Shown one piece after another: positions 27,366 through 38,200 of a DNA stretch of 64,000 bases (within the stretch, counting starts at the first letter, position 1; each line of letters begins with the position of its first letter). The DNA is from a bacterium (GTDB lineage Bacteria > SAR324 > JACQKK01). A program made the translations under genes and the position numbers. Where the stretch lies: the NCBI GenBank assembly GCA_965240465.1, contig OZ251219.1, forward strand, positions 1,312,001 through 1,376,000. Reading direction: 5' to 3'. The notes under the pieces are model-generated. The model saw only the letters and a program-made list of their open reading frames with translations. It was not told the DNA's origin and searched no databases.

Positions 27366-28197
27366 CAGACGCTTACTGTTTCTAGGACTGGCAACGCTTT
27401 TCGCCTTGTTGCTATTCCTAGCCTTGGGGCGTGAGGTATATCGCGAAATCGGTGATGCTCGGCTCTCGGTGAACGCTTTGCTGCGAGTCAGCGAACCCCT
27501 GCTACACAGTGGAAAGGTGAACTTGCTACGCACCGACCGCCTAGCCATCTTCTTGGTGGATGGGCAGAAGCCTGTCGCTATGAAGATAATCTCTCCCTTG
27601 CTGCTACCTCAGGCAGTGCAAATAGGACAAAAACATGCCACCGAGCAGGCACTTGTAGAGCAATCACTTGTGGAGCAATCACTTGTGGTGCGAGAGCAAA
27701 AGGAGTACTTGCTGGTGGCTATCACTGATAAAGACGGAGATATATTTCAGCTCAGTCCTGGAGAAGCCTATGGAAGCACCACCGCGACCATCGGAGATAA
27801 GAAGGTACCTCTGCTACTGACGGAAGAATATCGGGGTGGACTTTTTAATCAAGGGTATCAATCCTTTACCATTTCTGGCGTTGCAGATACTAAACTGCCC
27901 TACCAGCCCTCGCCTGATGGTAGACTCATCGTGATGCTATTTGATACAAAACTTCAGCAACCAATCGCTTTCAGCATTACTGATAATGATCGCCTGCCCC
28001 AGCCTTTTTCAATTTCTTTGCCTCTGCAGCTGCATGATAATCACCAGCCCGCTTATCAGCTACGCATCCTGACCGATAAAAACCAGCAACCTTTTCAGTC
28101 GGCTCCAGGGGAAATCATTGGGCGTTCGGCTGAAGCTGTCCCGCTGGGGACTACCCAGCTGCAATTCTGGCTGGACATGCCTTATCGCAGAAAGTGA
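27352..28197 (+). CDS. Hypothetical membrane-anchored/exported protein
   Basis: N-terminal TM; two internally similar beta-rich halves (TDK...PGE motifs); overlaps the rbgA stop. Confidence 0.65.
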   Translation: MKISSRRLLFLGLATLFALLLFLALGREVYREIGDARLSVNALLRVSEPLLHSGKVNLLRTDRLAIFLVDGQKPVAMKIISPLLLPQAVQIGQKHATEQALVEQSLVEQSLVVREQKEYLLVAITDKDGDIFQLSPGEAYGSTTATIGDKKVPLLLTEEYRGGLFNQGYQSFTISGVADTKLPYQPSPDGRLIVMLFDTKLQQPIAFSITDNDRLPQPFSISLPLQLHDNHQPAYQLRILTDKNQQPFQSAPGEIIGRSAEAVPLGTTQLQFWLDMPYRRK

Positions 28198-28210
28198 GTA
28201 CGCAATGTTT

Positions 28211-28290
28211 AAGGCACTAGTAGACAAGTCACTAGTAGACAAGGCACTAGTAGACAAGTCACTAGTGACAAGGCACTAGTAGACAAGGCA
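28211..28290. repeat. 15-bp tandem repeat between convergent genes
   Basis: (aagKcactagtagac) ~5.5 copies, palindromic ACTAGT core. Confidence 0.92.
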
Positions 28291-28306
28291 AGAGATGTCG
28301 GGATGT

Positions 28307-29755
28307 TTAGGCGATTTGCAGGGAACGCTCAACTCGCTCTGCCACTTTTGCCCTACCGAATACGGAGGCTACTTGTGCTAGGTCTGGTCCCTCTGCTTCC
28401 AAAGTGATGGCCATTCTCATGGGCATAAGCAAGGGCTTTCCTTTGAAACTGGTTTCGCTACCGACGCGGTTGATAAGCTTGTTAAATGATTCCGCATTAA
28501 ACTCTTCGGCTTCAAAATTATTGAGGTGTTTCAGCAAGCAGGTAAGCACGGTCTTGCTGATCCTATGCCCCAATATTTCAATAATTTTATCAGATGGAAG
28601 TTCTTGCTCTGGGCGGTAGAAAATGTTGAGACCTTGCTCTATATCAACGAGTTTGCTCATCTGGGGTTGAATTATAGGCACCAATTCACGAATCTCTTGC
28701 ATGTCCCGATCGCCATAGCGAGAGTGGGTAACAAAGGGAATCAAATAATGCCAGAGAGCTTCTTTGCCTAGTTTGTCAATCCAGATCTTATTAATCCAAC
28801 CAAGCTTTTCAGAGTTGAACTTGGCTGGTGATTTACCAATCCTCTTCACATCAAAGATGGATTCCAAATCCGAGACAGAAAACACCTCCTCTTCGTTACC
28901 AGGATTCCAACCCAAAAGAGCTAGAAAATTAATCAAAGCCTGCGGCAAATAACCCTTACGAGCAAAATCTCCCACAGTGAAATCACCTCCGCGTTTACTC
29001 ATCTTACTTCTATCGGGATTGAGTATCAACGGCAAATGTGCAAACTGAGGAGGAACTATATCCAGCCAGCGACACAGCAAAATATACTTCGGAATAGATG
29101 GCAACCATTCCTCCCCTCTTAATACGTGAGAAATCTCCATGAGACTGTCATCCATCACCGCAGCTAAATGATAAGTAGGATAACCATCCGTCTTCATAAT
29201 AACCTGATCCTCTTGCTGCTTAAGGCTAAACTGAACCCTCCCACGAATCATGTCCTCTAAAATAACCGGACTCTCACTCTTATCCACACGCATCCTAACC
29301 ACATGAGAATATCCATCGTCATCATACTTCTGACGCTGCTTATCCGTTAAATCCCGACAACGACCATCATAACCAGATTGACGTCCCAACTCCGCCCGAC
29401 GCTTACGCATCGCCTCCAACTCAGAGACAGTACAATAACACTTGTAGGCTTTATTGCGATTAAGTAACTCCTCAACCGCATCGCGATATATCCCCAAACG
29501 CTCCGACTGCCGATAAGGACCATACTCTCCTTCTTGAACAGGACTCTCATCGGGAATGATGCCCGTCCAAGCTAACTCACGCAAAATGTTCTTCTCCGCA
29601 GTGGAATCAAAACGATCTTGATCGGTATCCTCTATACGCAAAATGAAGGTGCCTCCATGCTTACGAGCAAATAGATAATTAAACAACGCCGTACGTAAAC
29701 CACCTATGTGTAGGTGACCTGTCGGACTAGGTGCAAAACGAACTCGGACATCCAT
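28307..29755 (-). CDS. gltX: Glutamate--tRNA ligase
   Basis: RFAPSPTGHLHIGG, LRIEDTD, KMSKR. Confidence 0.97.
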   Translation of the reverse strand: MDVRVRFAPSPTGHLHIGGLRTALFNYLFARKHGGTFILRIEDTDQDRFDSTAEKNILRELAWTGIIPDESPVQEGEYGPYRQSERLGIYRDAVEELLNRNKAYKCYCTVSELEAMRKRRAELGRQSGYDGRCRDLTDKQRQKYDDDGYSHVVRMRVDKSESPVILEDMIRGRVQFSLKQQEDQVIMKTDGYPTYHLAAVMDDSLMEISHVLRGEEWLPSIPKYILLCRWLDIVPPQFAHLPLILNPDRSKMSKRGGDFTVGDFARKGYLPQALINFLALLGWNPGNEEEVFSVSDLESIFDVKRIGKSPAKFNSEKLGWINKIWIDKLGKEALWHYLIPFVTHSRYGDRDMQEIRELVPIIQPQMSKLVDIEQGLNIFYRPEQELPSDKIIEILGHRISKTVLTCLLKHLNNFEAEEFNAESFNKLINRVGSETSFKGKPLLMPMRMAITLEAEGPDLAQVASVFGRAKVAERVERSLQIA

Positions 29756-29869
29756 GGCTCAAATAATGAAAAAGAAACTAAAAAAAAATAACTCCAGCAT
29801 CTCACAAACCCTACTACATATTTGATAGCTGTCAAAATGTTTTTTATCTTTTTTACATCCTTGAAGAAC

Positions 29870-29898
29870 TTGACAACGCCCCCTCTGCTCGCTACGAT
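29870..29898 (+). promoter_or_regulatory. Sigma70 promoter duplicated ahead of each lipoprotein gene
   Basis: TTGACA-17 bp-TACGAT here and at 31954, 35124 and 39497; TTGACA-17-TGCGAT at 43176; GAGGA/GGAGGA SD before each ATG. Confidence 0.75.
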
Positions 29899-29972
29899 GT
29901 GAACTGGCGATTTCTCAAAGCTGAGGAAGGCCTTGGTATCAAGCCTTTCATACCCATATCAGAGGATTACCG

Positions 29973-31892
29973 ATGAAAAGATTATCACTACTCTCGGCTG
30001 GTTGTATTCTGGCTTTATTTTTGGCTAGCTGCGGGGGGAGCAGTGGCGGTGGTGGAGGTGGTGGCGGTGGTGGAGGTGGTGGATCTGCCGACACCGACGG
30101 CGATGGCATCTCTGATCTTACAGACCGATGCTCCTCTAGTGCCGATGAGAAATTCGTCAGTACCCCCATGACTGACTACGATAGCGACGGTTGCAAAGAT
30201 GACGACCCTAATGGAGAAGACGATGATGACGACGATGATGGGGTCACCGATTTTGAGTCAGATGGCACCCAGAAAGACCAATGCCTCAAAGGCAGTTTAT
30301 TCACCAGCAACAGCAGCACCGACTACGATGGCGACGGTTGCAAAGATGACGACCCTGATGGAGAAGACGATGATGACGACAATGATACTGTCCCAGATGC
30401 CCAAGACACAGAATGCCCTAAAACTCCCTTTGGCTCTGCCGACTACGATTCTGACGGCTGCGAAGACAGCAAGGACACCGATGACGACGGTGACGGCAAA
30501 GACGATACTGCTGATGCCTGTCCTAGGGGTATAACTGGCATCGGAAATGACAAAGATGACGATGGCTGTAAAGATTCTGAAGACACCGATGACGACAACA
30601 ACGGTCTAATAGAAATTGCCACTGCTACCGAGCTAGACAACATCCGCTATGATCTGGACGGTAGCCACTATGATGACAATACAGGTAATCCATCTAATGC
30701 GGGCTGTCCTACTACTAATAATCCCGTAGGTTGCAAGGGCTACGAACTAGCTGGTGACATTGATCTTTCTTCCTTTGCCAACTTTGCTCCCATTGGTAGC
30801 GATAGCAATCATTTTACCGCTGTCTTAGAAGGCAATGATTATACCATCAGTAACCTAAACATTGCCACTGATTCCACCCTATACACGGGATTATTTGCGA
30901 TTTTGGGTACTGGTAGCAAGGTACAAAACTTGTCCTTTGCAGAAAGTACAACTGGTTCAGTTGCCAGTAGCAACAATAGTGGTGCTCTTTCTAATCCTAA
31001 CCGTGTAGGGGTTTTGGCAGGCAGAAATAATGGAACAATATCGGGTGTTTCTTCTGGGATATCGGTTTCTGCCAGTGTGGGTACCTTTAACTATGTGGGT
31101 GGCTTGGTAGGTCAGAATTATCTTAGTGGCACCATCCAAGATAGTTATGCCACTGGCGATGCCACTGGCAGTAATGGTAATCGGGATCGGGTGGGTGGCT
31201 TGGTAGGTTCTAATGAGAGTGGCACCATCGGTAATAGCTATGCCACTGGCGATGCCACTGACGGTAAAGATGTGGGTGGCTTGGTAGGTACTAATCTTGG
31301 CACCATCGGTAATAGCTATGCCACTGGCTCTGCCAAGGGCGGTGCTGGGGATGACTCTGTGGGTGGCTTGGTAGGTGGGAATAGAAGTGGCATTCTTGGT
31401 GGTGCCACCATCAAAAATAGTTATGCCACTGGCTCTGCCGATGGCGGTGCTGGTAATGACTCTGTCGGTGGCTTGGTGGGAGATACTAATAATCGATATG
31501 GTTCTGTAACCATCGGTAACAGTTATGCCTTAGGCAAGGTGGATGGGGGCGATGGAGCCGATGAAGTGGGACGCTTGCTTGGCAAAAAAGGTACTGGGAA
31601 TTATACAATTACCAGCAACTATTATAATAGTGAGAGTGACTTAGATAATGGCGAAACCATCCTAATCCTTGAAAACACCGAGGCGGTTGCCAAAACCCGC
31701 GATGAACTAAAAGCCTTGACTGCCAACACTACAGGCTGGAGTGCTGACGACTGGGATTTCACGGATGATTTCTACCCCAGCCTGAAGTCTTATGAAGAAG
31801 ATGCCGATGGTAACCGAGTTATCCCCAGTGAATTACTCTGTAACCAACCCACCGATTTCGTTCAGTGTCCTACGCCCCCCCTTACGCCCTAG
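29973..31892 (+). CDS. Surface lipoprotein 1: thrombospondin type 3-like Ca-binding repeats plus GLUG-motif domain
   Basis: Lipobox LASC, poly-Gly, DxDxDGxxD...C repeats, VGGLVG repeats. Confidence 0.85.
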   Translation: MKRLSLLSAGCILALFLASCGGSSGGGGGGGGGGGGGSADTDGDGISDLTDRCSSSADEKFVSTPMTDYDSDGCKDDDPNGEDDDDDDDGVTDFESDGTQKDQCLKGSLFTSNSSTDYDGDGCKDDDPDGEDDDDDNDTVPDAQDTECPKTPFGSADYDSDGCEDSKDTDDDGDGKDDTADACPRGITGIGNDKDDDGCKDSEDTDDDNNGLIEIATATELDNIRYDLDGSHYDDNTGNPSNAGCPTTNNPVGCKGYELAGDIDLSSFANFAPIGSDSNHFTAVLEGNDYTISNLNIATDSTLYTGLFAILGTGSKVQNLSFAESTTGSVASSNNSGALSNPNRVGVLAGRNNGTISGVSSGISVSASVGTFNYVGGLVGQNYLSGTIQDSYATGDATGSNGNRDRVGGLVGSNESGTIGNSYATGDATDGKDVGGLVGTNLGTIGNSYATGSAKGGAGDDSVGGLVGGNRSGILGGATIKNSYATGSADGGAGNDSVGGLVGDTNNRYGSVTIGNSYALGKVDGGDGADEVGRLLGKKGTGNYTITSNYYNSESDLDNGETILILENTEAVAKTRDELKALTANTTGWSADDWDFTDDFYPSLKSYEEDADGNRVIPSELLCNQPTDFVQCPTPPLTP

Positions 31893-32056
31893 GCTGTTGA
31901 GGGCGAGGGGCTAATCCCCCCCCACGTGCCAGATCGGCAGGCTGTTAAAAAGCTTGACAACGCCCCCTCTGCTTGCTACGATAGAGAATGGCGATTTATC
32001 AAAGCTGAGGGAGGCCTTGGTATCAAGCTTTTCGCGCCCATATCGGAGGATTACCT

Positions 32057-35000
32057 ATGAAAAGATTATCACTACTCTCGGCTGGTTGTATTCTGGCTCT
32101 ATTTTTGGCTGGCTGCGGGGGTGGTAAAGATGTTGCCGACACCGATGGCGATGGCATCCCCGACGGCAAAGATACATGCCCCAACAGCCCCGAAGGCTTT
32201 ACTAGCGATAAGAGTACCGACCACGACGGCGACGGCTGCCAAGACAGCGACGAAGATGACGATGACGACAATGATGGGGTCACCGATTTTGAGGCAAATG
32301 GCACCACCCAGAAAGACCGATGCCCCAAAGGCAATTTATTTACCAGCAACAGTAGCACCGACTACGATGGCGACGGTTGCCAAGACGACACCACCGAAGA
32401 TGGTAACCCCGACGGAGATGGTGACAGAAATTCAGTGGATGCCGATGACGACAACGATGAGGTGCTTGATGCTAGTGATAGATGTCCCAGAGGCAGTTTA
32501 TTCACCAGCAACAGCAGAACCGACCACGATGGCGACGGTTGCAAAGATGACGACCCTGATGGAGAAGACGATGATGACGACAATGATAGGATCCCCGATT
32601 TTGAGTCAGATGGCACCACCCAGAAAGACCAATGCCCCAAAGGCAGTTTATTCACCAGCAACAGAAGAACCGACCACGATGGCGACGGTTGCAAAGATGA
32701 CGACCCTAATGGAGAAGACGAAGATGACGACAATGATGGGGTCAACGATTTTGAGTCAGATGGCACCCAGAAAGACCAATGCCTCAAAGGCAGTTTATTT
32801 ACTAGCATAAGCACCAGCAATGATCCCACCGTAATCATCACCGACTTTGATGGTGACGGCTGCAAGGATGCTGGCGAAGACAAAGATGACGACAATGATA
32901 CTATCCCAGATGCCCAAGACACAGAATGCCCTAAAACTCCCTTTGGCTCTGCCGATTACGATTCTGACGGCTGCGAAGACAGCAAAGACACCGATGACGA
33001 CGATGATGACGTACTAGACGGTGATGACGATTGCGACAGTAGCCGCATAGGCTTCACCAGCATAAGCACCAGCACTGACCCCACCGTAACCATCACCGAC
33101 TTTGATGGTGACGGCTGCGAGGATGCTGGCGAAGACAAAGATGACGACGATGATACTATCCCAGATGCCCAAGACACAGAATGCCCTAAAACTCCCTTTG
33201 GCTCTGCTGACTACGATGGCGACGGCTGCGAAGACAGCAAGGACACCGATGACGACGATGATAACGTACTAGACGGTGCTGACGATTGCGACAGTAGCCG
33301 CATAGGCTTCACCAGCATAAGAACCAGCACTGACCCCACCGTAACCATCACCGACTTTGATGGCGACGGTTGCGAAGACAGCACCGAAGACCCAGATGAT
33401 GACAATGATGGCGAAGACGACATCACTGATGTGGATGATGATAATAACGGCCTAATAGAAATTGCCAGTGCTACCGAGCTAAACAACATCCGCCATGATT
33501 TGGACGGCACTCACTATGATGATGGCACAAATGCTCCATCTAATATGGGCTGCCCTACTACTAATAATTCCGTAGGTTGCAAGGGCTACGAACTAGCTGG
33601 TGACATTGATCTTTCTTCCTTTGCCAACTTTGCTCCCATTGGTAGCGATAGCAATCATTTTACCGCTGTCTTAGAAGGCAATGATTATACCATCAGTAAC
33701 CTAAGCATTGCCACTGATTCCACCCTATACACGGGATTATTTGCGGTTTTGGGTACTTATAGCACGGTACGGAACTTGTCCTTTGCAAAAAGTACAACTG
33801 GTTCAGTTGCCAGTAGCAACAATGGTGGTGGTTATATTGATAGAAACAATCTAGGGGTTCTGGCAGGCGTAAATAATGGAACAATATCGGGTGTTTCTGT
33901 GACGGGGATATCGGTTTCTGCTGGCACGGGTGACTATGACTATGTGGGTGGCTTGGTAGGTTATAATGATGGTGGCACCATTCAAAATAGCTCTGCCACT
34001 GGCTCTGCCACTGGCAGTGATGGTGATGCTGACGTTGTGGGTGGCTTGGTAGGTTATAATGATGGTGGCATCATCGATAATAGCTATGCCACTGGCTCTG
34101 CCAAGGGCGGTGCCTATGTCGGTGGCTTGGTAGGTTATAATAATTATGGCACCATCGATAACAGCTCTGCCATTGGCTCTGCCACTGGCTCTGCCGCTTA
34201 CGGTAAACATGTGGGTGGCTTGGTAGGTAGGAATTATAGTGGCACCATTCAAAATAGTTATGCCACTGGCTCTGCCAAGAACGGTGGCTCTGTGGGTGGC
34301 TTGGCAGGTTCTAGTAGTAGTGGCACCATTCAAAATAGTTATGCCACTGGCAAAGCCATTGGCGGTACTGGTAATGACGAGGTGGGTGGCTTGGTAGGTT
34401 ATAATACTGGCACTATTCAAAATAGCTATGCCACTGGCGATACCACTGGCGATAACCATGTGGGTGGCTTGGTAGGTTATAATACTGGCACTATTCAAAA
34501 TAGCTATGCCACTGGCAAAGCCAAAGGCGGTGCTGGTAATGACAATGTGGGTGGCTTGGTAGGTTATAATAAAGACACCATCAGTAATAGCTATGCCACT
34601 GGCGATGCCAAGGGCGGTGCTGGTGATGACAAGGTGGGTGGCTTGGTGGGATATGCTAGTAATGAATATGGTTCTGCAACCATCAGAAATAGCCATGCCT
34701 TAGGTGATGTGGATGGGGGCGATGGAGGAGCCGATGAAGTGGGTCGTTTACTTGGCAAAAAAGGGGCTGGGTTAACAATTACCAGCAGCTATTATAATAG
34801 TGCGAGTGCCTTAGATAATGGCGAAACCATCCTAACCCTTCTAAACACCGAGGCGGTTGCCAAAACCAGCCTTCAACTAAAAGCCTTGACTGCTACCGAT
34901 ACAAGCTGGAGTACTAACGACTGGGATTTCACCGCTGGCAAATACCCCACTCTGAAATCTTATGAAGAAGATGCCAATGGTAACCGAATTCTCCCCAGTG

Positions 35001-35065
35001 AATTACTCTGTGGGCAGCCCGACCCTGGCTTTGTTCAGTGTCCTACGCCCCCCCCTACACCCTAG
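32057..35065 (+). CDS. Surface lipoprotein 2 (TSP3-like repeats plus GLUG domain)
   Basis: Lipobox LAGC; same architecture, 1002 aa. Confidence 0.85.
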   Translation: MKRLSLLSAGCILALFLAGCGGGKDVADTDGDGIPDGKDTCPNSPEGFTSDKSTDHDGDGCQDSDEDDDDDNDGVTDFEANGTTQKDRCPKGNLFTSNSSTDYDGDGCQDDTTEDGNPDGDGDRNSVDADDDNDEVLDASDRCPRGSLFTSNSRTDHDGDGCKDDDPDGEDDDDDNDRIPDFESDGTTQKDQCPKGSLFTSNRRTDHDGDGCKDDDPNGEDEDDDNDGVNDFESDGTQKDQCLKGSLFTSISTSNDPTVIITDFDGDGCKDAGEDKDDDNDTIPDAQDTECPKTPFGSADYDSDGCEDSKDTDDDDDDVLDGDDDCDSSRIGFTSISTSTDPTVTITDFDGDGCEDAGEDKDDDDDTIPDAQDTECPKTPFGSADYDGDGCEDSKDTDDDDDNVLDGADDCDSSRIGFTSIRTSTDPTVTITDFDGDGCEDSTEDPDDDNDGEDDITDVDDDNNGLIEIASATELNNIRHDLDGTHYDDGTNAPSNMGCPTTNNSVGCKGYELAGDIDLSSFANFAPIGSDSNHFTAVLEGNDYTISNLSIATDSTLYTGLFAVLGTYSTVRNLSFAKSTTGSVASSNNGGGYIDRNNLGVLAGVNNGTISGVSVTGISVSAGTGDYDYVGGLVGYNDGGTIQNSSATGSATGSDGDADVVGGLVGYNDGGIIDNSYATGSAKGGAYVGGLVGYNNYGTIDNSSAIGSATGSAAYGKHVGGLVGRNYSGTIQNSYATGSAKNGGSVGGLAGSSSSGTIQNSYATGKAIGGTGNDEVGGLVGYNTGTIQNSYATGDTTGDNHVGGLVGYNTGTIQNSYATGKAKGGAGNDNVGGLVGYNKDTISNSYATGDAKGGAGDDKVGGLVGYASNEYGSATIRNSHALGDVDGGDGGADEVGRLLGKKGAGLTITSSYYNSASALDNGETILTLLNTEAVAKTSLQLKALTATDTSWSTNDWDFTAGKYPTLKSYEEDANGNRILPSELLCGQPDPGFVQCPTPPPTP

Positions 35066-35225
35066 GCTGTTGAGGGCGAGGGGCTAATCCCCCCCGTGTC
35101 AGCTTCGGCAGGCTGTTAAAAACTTGACAACGCCCCCTCTGCTTGCTACGATAGAAAATGGCGATTTATCAAAGCTGAGGAAGACCTTGGTACCAAGCTT
35201 TTCGCGCCCATATCGGAGGATTACC

Positions 35226-38200
35226 ATGAAAAAACTATCACTACTCTCGGCTGGTTGTATTCTGGCTCTATTTTTGGCTAGCTGCGGGGGGAACAGTGGC
35301 GGTGGTGGTGGATCTGCTGATACCGACGGCGATGGCATCACCGACAGCAAAGATACATGCCCCAACAGCCCCGAAGGCTTTACTAGCGATAAGAGTACCG
35401 ACCACGACGGCGACGGCTGCGAGGATGCTGGCGAAGACATCGATGACGACAATGATCAGGTAGCCGACATTGCTGACGATTGCCAACCAAGCAAAAACTC
35501 CAACTTTATCAGCAATGCCAACACCGACTACGATTCTGACGGCTGCGAGGATGCTGGCGAAGACATCGATGACGACAATGATAGTGTCAACGATTTTGAG
35601 GCCGATGGCATCACCCAGAAAGACCTATGCCCCAAAGGCAATTCATTCACCAGCGACAGCACCAACGACTTTGATGGCGACGGTTGCAAAGATGACGACC
35701 CTGATGGAGAAGACGATGATGACGACAATGATACTGTCTCAGATGCCCAAGACACAGAATGCCCTAAAACTCCCTTTGGCTCTGCCGACTACGATGGCGA
35801 CGGCTGCGAAGACAGCAAGGACACCGATGACGACGATGATGGGGTCAACGATTTTGAGGCCGATGGCATCACCCAGAAAGACCAATGCCTCAAAGGCAGT
35901 TTATTTACCAGCGACAGCAACACCGACTACGATGGCGACGGTTGCAAAGATGACGACCCTAATGGAGAAGACGATGATGACGACAATGATAGTGTCAACG
36001 ATTTTGAGGCCGATGGCATCACCCAGAAAGACCTATGCCCCAAAGGCAATTCATTCACCAGCGACAGCACCAACGACTTTGATGGCGACGGTTGCAAAGA
36101 TGACGACCCTGATGGAGAAGACGATGATGACGACAATGATAATGTCTCAGATGCCCAAGACACAGAATGCCCTAAAACTCCCTTTGGCTCTGCCGACTAC
36201 GATTCTGACGGCTGCGAAGACAGCAAGGACACCGATGACGACGATGATGGGGTCAACGATTTTGAGATAGATGGCATCACCCAGAAAGACCTATGCCCAA
36301 GGGGCAATTCATTTACCAGCGACAGCACCAACGACTACGATGGCGACGGTTGCAAAGATGACGACCCTAATGGAGAAGACGATGATGACGACAATGATAG
36401 TGTCAACGATTTTGAGGCCGATGGCATCACCCAGAAAGACCTATGCCCCAAAGGCAATTCATTCACCAGCGACAGCACCAACGACTTTGATGGCGACGGT
36501 TGCAAAGATGACGACCCTGATGGAGAAGACGATGATGACGACAATGATAATGTCTCAGATGCCCAAGACACAGAATGCCCTAAAACTCCCTTTGGCTCTG
36601 CCGACTACGATGGCGACGGCTGCGAAGACAGCAAGGACACCGATGACGACGATGATGGGGTCAACGATTTTGAGATAGATGGCATCACCCAGAAAGACCT
36701 ATGCCCAAGGGGCAATTCATTCATCAGCGACAGCACCAACGACTTTGATGGCGACGGTTGCAAAGATGACGACCCTGATGGAGAAGACGATGATGACGAC
36801 AATGATAATGTCTCAGATGCCCAAGACACAGAATGCCCTAAAACTCCCTTTGGCTCTGCCGACTACGATTCTGACGGCTGCGAAGACAGCAAGGACACCG
36901 ATGACGACGATGATGGGGTCAACGATTTTGAGGCCGATGGCATCACCCAGAAAGACCAATGCCTCAAAGGCAGTTTATTTACCAGCGACAGCACCACCGA
37001 CTACGATGGCGACGGTTGCAAAGATGACGACCCTAATGGAGAAGACGATGATGACGACGATGATGGGGTCACCGATTTTGTTTCAGGCATCCAGAAAGAC
37101 CAATGCCTCAAAGGCAGTTTATTCACCAGCATAAGCACCAGCACTGACCCCGCCGTAATCATCACCGACTTTGATGGCGACGGCTGCGAGGATGCTGGCG
37201 AAGATAAAGATGACGACAATGATACTGTCCCAGATGCCCAAGACACAGAATGCCCTAAAACTCCCTTTGGCTCTGCCGACTACGATTCTGACGGCTGCGA
37301 AGACAGCAAGGACACCGATGACGACGATGATGGGGTCAACGATTTTGAGGCTGATGGCATCACCCAGAAAGACCAATGCCTCAAAGGCAGTTTATTTACC
37401 AGCGACAGCACCACCGACTACGATGGCGACGGTTGCAAAGATGACGACCCTAATGGAGAAGACGATGATGACGACGATGATGGGGTCACCGATTTTGTTT
37501 CAGGCATCCAGAAAGACCAATGCCTCAAAGGCAGTTTATTCACCAGCATAAGCACCAGCACTGACCCCGCCGTAATCATCACCGACTTTGATGGCGACGG
37601 CTGCGAGGATGCTGGCGAAGATAAAGATGACGACAATGATACTGTCCCAGATGCCCAAGACACAGAATGCCCTAAAACTCCCTTTGGCTCTGCCGACTAC
37701 GATGGCGACGGCTGCGAAGACAGCAAGGACACCGATGACGACAATGATGGGGTCAACGATTTTGAGGCCGATGGCATCACCCAGAAAGACCTATGCCCAA
37801 GGGGCAATTCATTTACCAGCGACAGCACCAACGACTTTGATGGCGACGGTTGCAAAGATGACGACCCTAATGGAGAAGACGATGATGACGACAATGATAC
37901 TGTCCCAGATGCCCAAGACACAGAATGCCCTAAAACTCCCTTTGGCTCTGCCGACTACGATTCTGACGGCTGCGAAGACAGCAAGGACACCGATGACGAC
38001 GATGACGGCAAAGACGATACTGCTGATGCCTGTCCTAGGGGTATAACTGGCATCGGAAATGACAAAGATGACGATGGCTGTGAAGATTCTGAAGACACCG
38101 ATGACGACAACAACGGTCTAATAGAAATTGCCACTGCTACCGAGCTAGACAACATCCGCTATGATCTGGACGGTAGCCACTATGATGACAATACAGGTAA

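Noticed and set aside
35124-35225. N-terminal extensions of lipoproteins 3 and 5 (TTG starts at 35124 and 43176)
   Set aside because: The TTG is the -35 box; paralog comparison, SD and signal peptide place the starts at 35226 and 43272.
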